Shown here: positions 9,895 through 20,198 of the stretch, one piece after another
Position numbering within the stretch: the stretch's first letter is position 1
Layout of the letters: every line of letters begins with the position of its first letter
DNA from: Candidatus Uhrbacteria bacterium
GTDB lineage: Bacteria; Patescibacteriota; Patescibacteriia; UBA9934
Assembly: GCA_018664485.1 (NCBI GenBank)
Contig: JABJOE010000007.1
Location: forward strand, 132,353 to 196,352
DNA: 64,000 nucleotides
Reading direction: 5' to 3'
The notes under the pieces: generated by a model
Told to the model about the DNA's origin: nothing
Databases searched by the model: none
The model's input: only the letters and a program-made list of their open reading frames with translations
Made by a program: the position numbers and the translations under genes

Positions 9895-10567
9895 GAGTTC
9901 TTCTACAAACGTTACCGATATCGTTTTTACAGAAAGAAGTAGCTTTACAGATACGACCCTTCACAATATTAAAAAGAATATACATTCACCACCACGTTTT
10001 TATATTCATGGAAATATTTCTGTGATGACCGACGATTGAAGCCTAAGCTAAAGCACAAAGTAACACTTAGACCACAACCGGCGATCACCACCTCTTACCT
10101 CTCAAGTTCTTGTATGATACGGTTCGCAGAGAGTACAGAGAAACGACGAAAGTTTACAACAGACATGAGAATTCGACTTATTAGATTTTGGAATTACTGC
10201 ATGAATACACTGTAAATACCAGTCGTGATGGATTTCATCACTGGAATCCATTCGACTGATTATAGACGTCAAAGCGACAACACATCTTCCGAAGTTTCAT
10301 TACCAATTAGGCGTATAGATGACCGAGAGAAAGCACATTATGGTGCCCTACGCTCTTTATCATCGACAGCGCCCAAATAGTTTCTAAAACTTTTTGAAAA
10401 TTGAAACGTCGTACTGATTTCTAAATATTTAGTTCATAAGTCAATAGATAACGAAGGTCGAGCAACGCTTGACCGGCACTCGCATAGCGGCCGTGACAGG
10501 GCCCTATCTGAGGCGAATGAATAATATTCGAGCCGGATCCAAGTACTTGCAATGGCCCCCAACACAT

Positions 10568-12475
10568 ATGGTGCAAAAAAGACGTACCACGACGCATAGC
10601 AATTCACGCAATCGTCGTCATATTAAAAAAAGTTCAGGTAGCCCAGCAAAACCTCGAACAAGCAGCGTAGCTAAAGCTGGAACAACTAGTAAGGCGAAAG
10701 CTGCAACGAAGCGTCCAACTACCGCTCGCTCAACTTCTGCGCGTTCAAGCGGACGACCGCATACCAAGTCGAAAACAACAACGTACAAAACTCCATCAGG
10801 AGATTCTGTTCGAGTGATTGTACTTGGAGGCCTCGAAGAGGTCGGTCGTAACTGTACCCTCATTGAGTACAAGAACGACATTATTATAATCGACATGGGA
10901 CTCGAGTTCCCAGAAGAAAACATGCCTGGAGTTGATTACATCATCCCAGACATGACATACCTCAAGGGCAAAGAAAAGAATGTCCGAGGAGTTATTATCA
11001 CCCATGGTCACTACGACCATATCGGGGCAATCCCCCACACTATTCCAAACATCGGGAACCCACCAGTATATGCGCTTCCGATTGCAGCTGGAATTATCAA
11101 AAAACGTCAGACAGACTTTAAAACTCCTGCAATCAATCTTAAGCAAATTACAATTGCTGACGAGTTGCAGCTTGGTGTATTTAAAGTTCATTTCTTCCAC
11201 ATCAACCACAACATTCCAGACTCAGCCGGAATCGTGATCGAAACTCCTATGGGAACGATCTGTCACACCGGTGACTGGAAGTTTGATTACCACCCTGTTG
11301 GAACTGAACCGTCTGATTTCCACAAGATCGCGCGCGTTGGTGAAGCTGGAGTTGCCCTACTTATGGGAGACTCTACAAATGCCTGCATGCCAGGACACCA
11401 AACATCAGAGCGTGTTATTGGTGAGGAAATTAAGGGTATTCTGGAGCGTGCAAAGGGACGAGTAATCGTCGGAACCTTCGCGTCTCTACTTTCACGAGTG
11501 AAGCAGATTATTGAAATCTCAGAAACTCTAGGGCGTAAAGTTGCGCTAGACGGATACTCGATGAAAGCCAACGTTGAAATCGCTCGAGAACTTGGATTCA
11601 TCCACGTGAGCGACAAAACAATGATCACAACAGATCAAATTAAAAACTATTCTGACGACAAAGTTACAGTTATCTGTACTGGAGCTCAGGGAGAAAAACG
11701 TGCAGCACTTTCACGAATTGCAACCGATGAACATCGTTCAATCCGCATGAAGCCGACTGACACTGTAATCTTCTCAAGTTCTGTTATTCCAGGTAACGAA
11801 GCTTCTGTTCAGCGACTGAAAGATACTTTCTACCGCAAACGAGCAACTGTGATCCATAAAGACATCATGGACGTTCACGCAGGTGGACATGCAAAGCAAG
11901 AGGATATTAAGCTCATGCTTTCGCTCTTCAAACCTACGTACTACATGCCAATTGAGGGGAACCACTTCCTACTACGTGAAAACGCAGAGGTCGCCTACTC
12001 AATGGGGTGGAAAGAAAAGAACGTTCTCGTTGCCGACAATGGTCAGGTGATCACTCTGTCAAAAGACAAGCGATCCGGAGAGCCTATCGTCAACATGACA
12101 AAAGAAAAGGTACCTACAAATTACGTCTTCGTTGACGGACTAGGTGTAGGAGATGTGTCTGAAGTTGTGTTGCGAGATCGTCGAGCGATGTCAGAGGACG
12201 GAATGATCGTAGCGATTTTCCAGATCGAGAAAAAGACTGGAAAGCTAGTCGGTAATCCAGACCTTGTGAGTCGAGGATTCATTTACATGAAAGAAAACCG
12301 AAAGCTTATCGGTGCTGCAATGACTGTAGTCCGAAAAGCTGTGGCTGATAGCGATCCTAAATCCGCAGCAGATCCACATTACATCAAGGGAAATGTGCGA
12401 GATGCTCTTGGAAAATTCCTATACAAACAAACTGAGCGTCGACCTATGATCCTCCCTGTGATGATTGAGGTGTAG
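10568..12475 (+). CDS. rnj: ribonuclease J with basic N-terminal extension
   Basis: LGGLEEVGRN, THGHYDHIGA, HTGDWKFD, HAGGH, RRPMILPV; start taken at ATG 10568. Confidence 0.95.
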   Translation: MVQKRRTTTHSNSRNRRHIKKSSGSPAKPRTSSVAKAGTTSKAKAATKRPTTARSTSARSSGRPHTKSKTTTYKTPSGDSVRVIVLGGLEEVGRNCTLIEYKNDIIIIDMGLEFPEENMPGVDYIIPDMTYLKGKEKNVRGVIITHGHYDHIGAIPHTIPNIGNPPVYALPIAAGIIKKRQTDFKTPAINLKQITIADELQLGVFKVHFFHINHNIPDSAGIVIETPMGTICHTGDWKFDYHPVGTEPSDFHKIARVGEAGVALLMGDSTNACMPGHQTSERVIGEEIKGILERAKGRVIVGTFASLLSRVKQIIEISETLGRKVALDGYSMKANVEIARELGFIHVSDKTMITTDQIKNYSDDKVTVICTGAQGEKRAALSRIATDEHRSIRMKPTDTVIFSSSVIPGNEASVQRLKDTFYRKRATVIHKDIMDVHAGGHAKQEDIKLMLSLFKPTYYMPIEGNHFLLRENAEVAYSMGWKEKNVLVADNGQVITLSKDKRSGEPIVNMTKEKVPTNYVFVDGLGVGDVSEVVLRDRRAMSEDGMIVAIFQIEKKTGKLVGNPDLVSRGFIYMKENRKLIGAAMTVVRKAVADSDPKSAADPHYIKGNVRDALGKFLYKQTERRPMILPVMIEV

Positions 12476-12477
12476 GG

Positions 12478-12640
12478 AGATCTCTTCAGCCAACCGTTGT
12501 CCCTACTTCATTTAACCCCTGTCTGGCTACAGCTCGCCCATGACTCGTTGCCTTAGATCCACTAAGACTCCTCGTCCTGAACGCGCTTCGCCAACGACAG
12601 TCGTTAAATGACTACGAAACATGGACGATCGGAGAGATCT
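12478..12640 (-). repeat. long intergenic hairpin, AGGA/AACGA family (core on the minus strand)
   Basis: AGATCTCTT...GAGAGATCT arms; minus-strand core GACGAGGAGTCTTAG-TGGAT-CTAAGGCAACGAGTC at 12542-12576. Confidence 0.6.
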
Positions 12641-12683
12641 GGACGAAAAGATCGAAATAACTAGGTATATCGCCTGCCAAACT

Positions 12684-12704
12684 ACCGCCGAAAGGCGGTT
12701 TTTT
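12684..12704 (+). terminator. intrinsic terminator downstream of rnj
   Basis: ACCGCC-GAAA-GGCGGT followed by a T run. Confidence 0.75.
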
Positions 12705-12735
12705 GGTATACTCTCTCCACGGAAAGAAATAGTCC

Positions 12736-12861
12736 CTAGGGCTGATCTCATTTGAGGCTAGTTCTAGGCGCGGGGGAAACGACAAGGAGCCGTACTCAAG
12801 TGTACGGTGACGAGTCGTGGGGCCCCGCAACACAGAAATAGCCCAAATGAATAAGTCCTAG
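12736..12861 (+). repeat. rod-like hairpin in the trpS 5' region, AGGA/GACGA family
   Basis: CTAGGGCT/AGTCCTAG, CATTTGAGGCTA/TAGCCCAAATG, GCGGGG/CCCCGC, ACGAC/GTCGT and CCGTAC/GTACGG nested pairings. Confidence 0.7.
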
Positions 12862-12869
12862 AAAGATAT

Positions 12870-13850
12870 ATGCGAGTACTTACTGGAATACAGCCAACAA
12901 ACTTTCTTCACATTGGAAACCTCTTTGGTGCGCTTCGGCCAGCCATCGATCTTCAACGTGAAAATGATCTCTTCATGATGATCGCCGACTATCATGCGAT
13001 TACAGCAGAGCATGATCCAGTCAAACTTCATGACAACATCCTCTTCACTGCAGCGTCCTACATTGCAGCTGGAATTGACCCTACAAAGACAGTTCTCTTT
13101 CAGCAATCTCAAATCCCAGCACATACTGAATTGGGATGGGTTCTTCAAACCGTTGCGCGAATGGGTGAGGCGAAACGCATGACTCAGTTTAAAGATAAAT
13201 CTGGATCCAACGAAGATAAGGTGTCTGTCGGGCTCTTCACCTACCCTACCCTCATGGCTGCCGACATTCTTCTCTATGATGCAGAGAGCGTTCCAGTTGG
13301 AGATGACCAGAAACAACATATTGAATTTACACGAGACTTAGCACAACGTTTTAACCGTGATTTTGGTGACACTTTCGTCGTTCCAGAACCTATGATTCGA
13401 AAACATGGTGCTCGACTGAAGTCACTTACAGAGCCTGAAAAGAAAATGAGCAAGAGTGCACCAAGTGCTAAGAGCTACATATCTCTTACTGACGATCCAG
13501 ATATCATCGCAAAAAAAGTACGGAGTGCTACAACGGATTCAGAACCCGGCATGACCTTCTCAAAAGATCGACCAGGTCTTCACAACCTCCTTACAATTTT
13601 AAGCTTAATCGAAGACGCACCTGGCGACGAACTCGCTAGCCGTTACGATGGCATGGGCACAAAAGCACTAAAAGATGACCTTACAGAACGTCTCGTAGAG
13701 CATCTTCGACCAATTTCCAAAGAGGCCCAAAATCTCGTAGACAATAAAGACGAGCTAATCCGAGTGATTGCGAACGGAACTGCAGCGGCCGCGAAAGTAG
13801 CAAATGCCAAGATCGCAGAGGTCAGAGAGCGAATTGGAGTCGCCTTGTAG
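12870..13850 (+). CDS. trpS: tryptophan--tRNA ligase
   Basis: TGIQPT..LHIGN, YPTLMAADILLY, VPVGDDQKQH, KMSKS. Confidence 0.97.
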   Translation: MRVLTGIQPTNFLHIGNLFGALRPAIDLQRENDLFMMIADYHAITAEHDPVKLHDNILFTAASYIAAGIDPTKTVLFQQSQIPAHTELGWVLQTVARMGEAKRMTQFKDKSGSNEDKVSVGLFTYPTLMAADILLYDAESVPVGDDQKQHIEFTRDLAQRFNRDFGDTFVVPEPMIRKHGARLKSLTEPEKKMSKSAPSAKSYISLTDDPDIIAKKVRSATTDSEPGMTFSKDRPGLHNLLTILSLIEDAPGDELASRYDGMGTKALKDDLTERLVEHLRPISKEAQNLVDNKDELIRVIANGTAAAAKVANAKIAEVRERIGVAL

Positions 13851-13974
13851 GACTCAAAACCGTTAACCTTCGATTGACAAACAGCGCCAGACATGATAGT
13901 CTCGCGCTGTCTTGCTATCCGCTCGACATCACTGTTCGCTGAGAGAAAAACCCTGAGACTGAGGCTCTTTACTG

Positions 13975-14772
13975 ATGACTACCGCCCCCTGGAAAACAAC
14001 GCTGCTCGCGCGCCACATTGACGCCGAAACAGCTCACCGCACTGCCATTGAAGACATGTTGACTGCCGCTCCCGACCAGATGACGAGCGATCGCATCCAT
14101 ATCGTGGATCGCTTGATCTCCTGGATCAAGGCAGACGCCAAGACCCTCCCAATCGCGGGCGCGGTCACCAGACTGCTGGCATTCAGCACCCACCGCTACA
14201 CCGAACTTCGCTGGCAAGTGATCGATCAGATTCCCCAGGGTGACATCCCAACCCTGCGTGACATGATCACCACCCTGCCCGGCCCCCTGCGCGCAGGGGT
14301 GTTCACCACGAAAGACATCGAGGCCGCCCGCATCAGCGTGCTCGCCGAACATGTCCTCACTTCGGCCAATGGCGACTGGGACCTCTTCTGCCGACTGACC
14401 CAGACGAACGGCTTCGACAGCCCAGAACAGGCCTGGAAAATGGTTCCTGTGGACCAACGCGTGGATTTCGTCAACGGCGGGAAGCGGCGCATGCTCGAGG
14501 CTGCCAGAAAGGGCGCTCAGTTCTTCAGCGGCGGACCATCTGCCAACGCGGAGTTCTGGAATCGTCTGCTCGCGCAGGTCCAAAACCTCGACTTCCCAAC
14601 CTGGGAGCACTTCTGCAATGCTGTGCCTTCGCACACGCACACTACGCTCGGTATCTCTGCGACTACTGCAGCACCAAACAAGCGTCGCGAACCCATCACG
14701 ATTGATTCCGACGACGTCTTCGTCGAGGCTTCTACCGTGTCTGGTGACAGCTCCATTGCCGACTGGCGATGA
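13975..14772 (+). CDS. orphan hypothetical protein (GC-rich)
   Basis: 265-aa ORF with C-ending codon bias; upstream TTGACA at 13874; downstream hairpins. Confidence 0.7.
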   Translation: MTTAPWKTTLLARHIDAETAHRTAIEDMLTAAPDQMTSDRIHIVDRLISWIKADAKTLPIAGAVTRLLAFSTHRYTELRWQVIDQIPQGDIPTLRDMITTLPGPLRAGVFTTKDIEAARISVLAEHVLTSANGDWDLFCRLTQTNGFDSPEQAWKMVPVDQRVDFVNGGKRRMLEAARKGAQFFSGGPSANAEFWNRLLAQVQNLDFPTWEHFCNAVPSHTHTTLGISATTAAPNKRREPITIDSDDVFVEASTVSGDSSIADWR

Positions 14773-14981
14773 TCTGCACTAGCAAAACTCGGACTACATA
14801 ACTTAAACCTAAGTCATGCAGTCGACCCTATCCCTGCCCCGGTACGCCGGCGGTGGGGATATTGTGCATCTAGATGGCATTCATTCAATCCCCAACGTGT
14901 GTTCATAAGAAATTACAACCGAGAACATCTAGGGCTAATATCCGGCAAATAATATAATCATCCACCCTAGCCGCAATCGTA

Positions 14982-15158
14982 GGGTTTCTTCAATAAAAAG
15001 CTTCCGATGTTTGTTGAAGAATATTTGGCAGAAATATCGATTAACGAAACCGCCTCCGTTGCATCCGCCGTAATATAACAACGGACGATCGGTTTTGTCG
15101 TTATTTCTGACGAATACATTCCTTCGACAAACGAGGCGCTTTTTACTTGAAGGAACCC
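14982..15158. repeat. about 177-nt imperfect palindrome upstream of the rnpB promoter
   Basis: GGGTTTCTTCAATAAAAAGC...GCTTTTTACTTGAAGGAACCC with nested TTTGTTGAAG/CTTCGACAAA, CAGAAATA/TATTTCTG and TCCGTTG/CAACGGA. Confidence 0.7.
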
Positions 15159-15166
15159 GTAGATCA

Positions 15167-15195
15167 TTGACAAAGGCTTAATTACGTGATAGCAT
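15167..15195 (+). promoter_or_regulatory. promoter of rnpB
   Basis: TTGACA-17 nt-TAGCAT just before the RNA. Confidence 0.65.
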
Positions 15196-15201
15196 TCGGA
15201 C

Positions 15202-15657
15202 GTTCGGGATACGAGACAGTCGCCCTGCGCCCAGCGCTCAGGGAGGAAAGTCCGAACACCGCGTAGGCAGCAATGTTTACGGATACAGAACGTCGCTAAC
15301 GGCGACCGGGATATAGCATTATCAAACGAGGAATGAATTCGTTCTTTCCTCGAGCCATGAATTTAGGTTCACGGCCACACCAATGTAAACCTAGGGAAAG
15401 TGCCACAGAGACAATACTAGTTTGGCTCCGGTCAAACAAAAGGTGAAAAGTGATTTGAGGTTTGAGATCAGATGATCTAGGTAACTGTTACCAACAAGCC
15501 ACATTTCTCGCCCCACGGTGACGTGGTGGCGTGGTAAACCCGTTCTGGTGCAAGAGCAAGTTTGGTAGCTCGCTCGACCGGCATAGCAATATGTCGGCTA
15601 GATAGATGACTGTCGCCTCGCAAGAGGATACAGAATTCGGCTTACAAGTCTCCCGAC
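15202..15657 (+). ncRNA. rnpB: RNase P RNA (type A-like)
   Basis: GAGGAAAGTCCG, GAAAGTGCCACAGA, GGTAAACCC...GTGCAAG, AGATAGATGACTG, ACAGAATTCGGCTTAC; terminal P1 pairing. Confidence 0.95.
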
Positions 15658-15667
15658 GAACATCAAG

Positions 15668-15697
15668 AACGATTCGCTAACGCGAGTCGTTTTTGTT
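15668..15697 (+). terminator. terminator after rnpB
   Basis: GAACGATTCGC-TAAC-GCGAGTCGTTTTT. Confidence 0.75.
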
Positions 15698-15723
15698 TGA
15701 ATAATGCGCTATAATCCCCTCAT

Positions 15724-17124
15724 ATGAATAGAGCAAATCTCTTTTTCACAGCCGTTCTTGTACCGCTAGATTTTATTACCCTCATAGCGGCAGCAACGGC
15801 AGCTTATAGCCTTCGTTTCTCAGAATCGATCCAGGGCATTCGGCCGATTATATTCGAGCTTTCTTTTCAGCAATATTTCGATGCTGCAATATCGTTTTCT
15901 CTAGTATGGCTTTTGATCTTTGCACTTGCAGGCCTTTACGCTGTCCGCCCACATCGACTCGCGGTTGAAGCGACTCGTGTACTACTTGCCTGCTCCGCCG
16001 GAATCGCGGTTGTGCTCGCCATCGCCTTTTTCTCACGCGAATTATTCGACTCACGTTTCATCGTAATTGCCGTATGGGTCCTTGCAGTTATATTTATTGT
16101 TATTGAAAGGCTTCTGGTGCGTGCAATCCAGCGATCACTTCGACGATACGGAATCGGCATGCAGCGCGTTTTGATAATTGGTAAAACAAAATCCGGTCAG
16201 GCCCTTCGAAAATATTTTGAAGCGTATCCTCGTCTTGGCTATGAAGTCATCGGACATGCTGCACTATTCAACGAATCAACAAAAGACAAAATCCTTGCTC
16301 TAAAAAAGCGTGAAATGGTCGACATGGTCCTTCTTGCAAACGGGGACGCTGATCGAAAAGAGGTACAAGAGATTAAAACTTTTACAGATATTGAACATCT
16401 CGGATTCTTATATTCTGCGGAGCTCGTTCCAGGATCTGGAGCGCGGCCAATCGTCCATACACTTGCAGGGCAACCCGTAATTGAAATCCCAAAAACACCA
16501 CTAGATGGTTGGGGCGCTATCTACAAGCGTGCTTTCGATATTATCGTCTCACTTATTTTGATAATTTTGACACTGCCAATCCAACTTATCGCAGCAATTG
16601 CGATTATCATTGAAAATCCAGGCCCTATTTTGTTTGTACATAAACGAGTTGGCCAAGGTGGCCGGATCTACAACCATGCTAAGTTCCGGTCAATGATTAA
16701 AGATGCCCACAAATATCGCTTCGATCCTGATTTTATAAAGAAATACGGAAATGAACGTGAGGGCACTCCCCTTTTTAAACTTGAGCATGATCCACGAATA
16801 ACACGCGTCGGTGCGATAATGCGAAAACTCTCCATCGATGAAATCCCTGAATTCTACATGGTACTTTTTGGAAAGATGAGCTTGATCGGACCACGACCTC
16901 ATCTCCCTGGAGAGGTAGAACAATACAAGGATCAACATAAACGAGTCCTTACAATCAAACCCGGCATTACAGGTATGGCACAGGTCGGAGGGCGTGCTGA
17001 CTTAAACTTCGACGAAGAAGTTCGGCTCGATATGCACTACATTGAAAACTGGAGCCCTTGGCTCGATCTCGTTATCCTTATAAAAACACCACTAGTCGTA
17101 TTTTTTGGAAGAGGCGCGTACTGA
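15724..17124 (+). CDS. undecaprenyl-phosphate sugar phosphotransferase (WcaJ/CpsE family)
   Basis: N-terminal TMs; KRAFDI, KFRSM, DPRITRVG, SIDEIP, GKMSLIGPRP, KPGITGMAQV. Confidence 0.92.
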   Translation: MNRANLFFTAVLVPLDFITLIAAATAAYSLRFSESIQGIRPIIFELSFQQYFDAAISFSLVWLLIFALAGLYAVRPHRLAVEATRVLLACSAGIAVVLAIAFFSRELFDSRFIVIAVWVLAVIFIVIERLLVRAIQRSLRRYGIGMQRVLIIGKTKSGQALRKYFEAYPRLGYEVIGHAALFNESTKDKILALKKREMVDMVLLANGDADRKEVQEIKTFTDIEHLGFLYSAELVPGSGARPIVHTLAGQPVIEIPKTPLDGWGAIYKRAFDIIVSLILIILTLPIQLIAAIAIIIENPGPILFVHKRVGQGGRIYNHAKFRSMIKDAHKYRFDPDFIKKYGNEREGTPLFKLEHDPRITRVGAIMRKLSIDEIPEFYMVLFGKMSLIGPRPHLPGEVEQYKDQHKRVLTIKPGITGMAQVGGRADLNFDEEVRLDMHYIENWSPWLDLVILIKTPLVVFFGRGAY

Positions 17125-17201
17125 CAAAAACCAATAAGATGCAACGACACCCGTCGGATCGAGGTCCAACGGGTGTTTAAGTTCTAGGAAGATCAGCAAG
17201 C

Positions 17202-17786
17202 TCAAGGAGCGAGCTGGCCCCATGGGAAGTGGGTGACATCGAGGTCTAGGTCTATGCCAAGACTATCTCGGAGAAACACTCGAAGTGCATCGAATGTCCT
17301 TGGTCCGAATCCCACCATCTTCGTACCCGAATCGGTGATAGTCCGTATGGTTGGCATTTCTCGGCGCGTACCCGTACGATGCCGTACCCAGAATCCACCT
17401 TTCCCCTTGTAGATCAAGAGAAGATCTGCGACATGAGTAATTCCATGATCTTGAGAGCGATTGAATATCGCTGTCGGAACGTCATCGAGTTTATCAATCA
17501 GCTTGAACAAGTTCGGATTCCATCTTGGCTCAGGGTCACGCAGAAGCGCCTCGGTAAGCTCGCTCGCTGGACACACGATGGTCAATTCTGCCCCCTCTCG
17601 TTCCCAGTCGTGGGCAACCGAGGTGAATCCCTCGAACAAAAACGCAGTATTCTCGCCTGCTCCGCCGGTATAAATGAATGACTCAGCTGAACGATTGCGC
17701 GCAAGGACCATGAGCTCAGAGGCTGTGGGCTCGCGTCTGATCGGACTGGGACCATTACCATCTTGTAGGTCGATGAAAATCTTCAT
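17202..17786 (-). CDS. orphan hypothetical protein
   Basis: 194-aa ORF with a GGGGAG SD; hairpin at 17147-17176 downstream. Confidence 0.7.
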   Translation of the reverse strand: MKIFIDLQDGNGPSPIRREPTASELMVLARNRSAESFIYTGGAGENTAFLFEGFTSVAHDWEREGAELTIVCPASELTEALLRDPEPRWNPNLFKLIDKLDDVPTAIFNRSQDHGITHVADLLLIYKGKGGFWVRHRTGTRREMPTIRTITDSGTKMVGFGPRTFDALRVFLRDSLGIDLDLDVTHFPWGQLAP

Positions 17787-18003
17787 GAAAGCTCCCCTGT
17801 GTGGATCTGCACGTTATCAAGATCTTCCGTTTTTTTCAATAAATACAGGTTATACATCTGCTGAAGATTTGAGCCTTAAGTTATCCTACTTTTTATAATC
17901 TCAATATATATCAGGCGCTCAATCCTTCTGATAAATTTTTTCCACACTCAAACCCCGCGCCATAGCCCGGCGCGGGGTAAGTTTGATCGTAGCCAGTTTT
18001 CAG

Positions 18004-18441
18004 CTAGATCAGAAAGTTGATTGCAAGTCTTGATACCACTGGCACCGTCCACCCAACGCACAACACGCAAGTGACAAGAAGAGCGTCACGCTCAACGAAG
18101 TCCCAATCAGCCACGCTCTTTCCGTAGTTTTTCTTTCGTGCCGTGTATCCGACAAAAAAGAAAAAACAAACGAGGCAGATGGCAATTGCAGTTAGCTCGG
18201 CCAGGGAATCATCAGCGTACAGTGAGACTGTTGCAAACGACAAGTCCAAATACAGGCAGGCGAATATGCCGATCGGAATCAAGGTCCAATACTTCGCAAT
18301 AATGGACCACCTGTTTGAGATCGCGAGCTCAACAGCCGAAACCAATCTAAATATGGCTATAGCGACCATCAGCTTGATCCGATACCTTAGAGTTCCTCTC
18401 GCCAAAATGCACCTCCAAACGTTGTAATTTTCGCTGACCAA
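18004..18441 (-). CDS. hypothetical membrane protein
   Basis: 145-aa ORF with about 4 TM; downstream ACCCCGCGCC/GGCGCGGGGT hairpin; start uncertain. Confidence 0.6.
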   Translation of the reverse strand: MVSENYNVWRCILARGTLRYRIKLMVAIAIFRLVSAVELAISNRWSIIAKYWTLIPIGIFACLYLDLSFATVSLYADDSLAELTAIAICLVCFFFFVGYTARKKNYGKSVADWDFVERDALLVTCVLCVGWTVPVVSRLAINFLI

Positions 18442-18566
18442 AGATCAACGAGCCAGTTAAACAGATTTACAGCAATAAGTCAATAGTCATAGCCTAAAAT
18501 AGATGTTGCACAAACGCCCACCCAGGAGTTCCCGGGCGGGCATCGGACGTCGTCAGTCAGTAGCGA

Positions 18567-20024
18567 CTAGCAGATCTTGCGAAAAGATATGGTGCCATCA
18601 CCAACGTGACGGACTGTACACACCCCGTTACCTACAGAGACGAGGTCTTTCACCGTTGTATTCCCTGCGCGCACTCGAGTACGAATCAAACCATCCCAGA
18701 CTGAATCTATGCTAGTTGATCTGGTAAGAACCGAGAACACGGGGATTGCACGCCCGCTATCCTCCCTCACCTCTCTGTCATCTTGCCAGTACAGAATCAA
18801 ACGGTCACCAACGCGACGCATACTGCTACCGCGAGTCCGCAGTACGATTTCGTCCAGACCATCAATCAACTCACCGCTCGCACTGTCGATGAACACAAGT
18901 CGGTCAGTTTTCTCGAACGTAATCAACGCGGCGAGAGTCCTGTCGTTGAGCACTTCGATTTGCCTGAATGTATAGCCCTGAGGAAGAAGAAAGGACTTCA
19001 TTCCACCTTGGAATCTGAATTCAACGATTCTCTCCCGTGATTCAGCCCCTTCGGAGACCACGAAAAAAACACGATCACCCCCTCTACACTGCCTACCTGC
19101 ACGAATGTCCACTTTACCATCGATAGTGATCTGTCCGATGGTGCCATCAATGGTCATCAGAAACACTATCGAGCCACCTCCACGGGCCGGGAAGGTTTCC
19201 AGCCACTGTCGGTTTCCCTCTACCTCTCGTAAAGTACCAAACAGCGCCTGCCCACCATTGCCCGACTGACGCATACCGCCCCAAATGACAGAGTTGAGTC
19301 GACGAATGCCGATGACCGGGAATGCACCCATAGCGCCAAGTACATACGCACCTTCAGCACTACAAAGCTCACGGTGAGTTTTATCCGATCCTTTTGCACG
19401 CCACAAATGAAGTACGCGGCAGACGCGATCTTGCGAGATTTGAACCGCCATATGCCGTGCACCCTCACTATCCTCCCAAAGCCAAGGGAGAAACTTCCGA
19501 TTGAAGAGCGCCTCTTCTCCCTTATTGTAGCCCTGACGATGCGTGACGAGATACTCTGGCGCAAGCTCTACACTCCAATCACCCCACACGAGATGATACA
19601 AGCCCCTATCGTCACGGTAGGAGAATGAAATTTCCCCACGCTCCCATTGAAGATGACTCACGTTGAAATGCCCTCTATCCGATGGCGCATTCTTGCTCCA
19701 GTCACCGTAAGGAGCGGACCTGTCTAGAATCTCAACACGACCATGACCATCAGCCCCCCGAGCACTCACGGCAATCGTACCGTCAGCGGCAACTGCAATA
19801 TCATGCACCTGCAGTATCCGACATTTGATCTGACCACTCTCACCCGATGCGAGGGTTGTAGGGTTGCCACGGAGACCCTCATGGGCACGCTCAAGGCGTG
19901 GGTTGTCGAAATCACCAGTACTAATGGCTGTAGCTATTTCCACAAGCATACCGGCGAACACACTTCTCAGACTTTCTGACATCATGTACTCCATTCCTAA
20001 AATGATGCAACGCGGATCAACCAA
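18567..20024 (-). CDS. orphan hypothetical protein, beta-rich
   Basis: 485-aa ORF; true start probably 19985/19982 after GGAG. Confidence 0.7.
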   Translation of the reverse strand: MVDPRCIILGMEYMMSESLRSVFAGMLVEIATAISTGDFDNPRLERAHEGLRGNPTTLASGESGQIKCRILQVHDIAVAADGTIAVSARGADGHGRVEILDRSAPYGDWSKNAPSDRGHFNVSHLQWERGEISFSYRDDRGLYHLVWGDWSVELAPEYLVTHRQGYNKGEEALFNRKFLPWLWEDSEGARHMAVQISQDRVCRVLHLWRAKGSDKTHRELCSAEGAYVLGAMGAFPVIGIRRLNSVIWGGMRQSGNGGQALFGTLREVEGNRQWLETFPARGGGSIVFLMTIDGTIGQITIDGKVDIRAGRQCRGGDRVFFVVSEGAESRERIVEFRFQGGMKSFLLPQGYTFRQIEVLNDRTLAALITFEKTDRLVFIDSASGELIDGLDEIVLRTRGSSMRRVGDRLILYWQDDREVREDSGRAIPVFSVLTRSTSIDSVWDGLIRTRVRAGNTTVKDLVSVGNGVCTVRHVGDGTISFRKIC

Positions 20025-20198
20025 ACCTTTTTGGCTAAGAAGATTGCTAACATCAAATCGGGAATTATGGATTGACAGGCATATGCCCGGCCGTCGAGTG
20101 ACGGCATCTCAAACTATCACTTTAAAGTACTATTCGTCAATCATTTCAACATAAAAGTACGTATTGCGCAGCCTCGCCTTTCCTGGTAAGTTCCTCTT

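Noticed and set aside
10469-10567. TTG start extending RNase J
   Set aside because: The extension overlaps a hairpin-rich leader. ATG 10568 has the CATATG context typical of this genome.
12787-12810. Group II intron domain V (GAGCCGTA...GTACGGT)
   Set aside because: It lacks the upper stem, the AC bulge and domain VI. The same motif occurs in the dispersed hairpin family.
12705-12869. T-box riboswitch or Trp leader peptide for trpS
   Set aside because: No GGTGGNACC T-box, no AGTA/GAA specifier loop and no Trp-rich uORF are visible.
13969-14640. 223-aa minus-strand ORF
   Set aside because: Antisense shadow of the GC-rich + strand gene, which has the promoter and codon bias.
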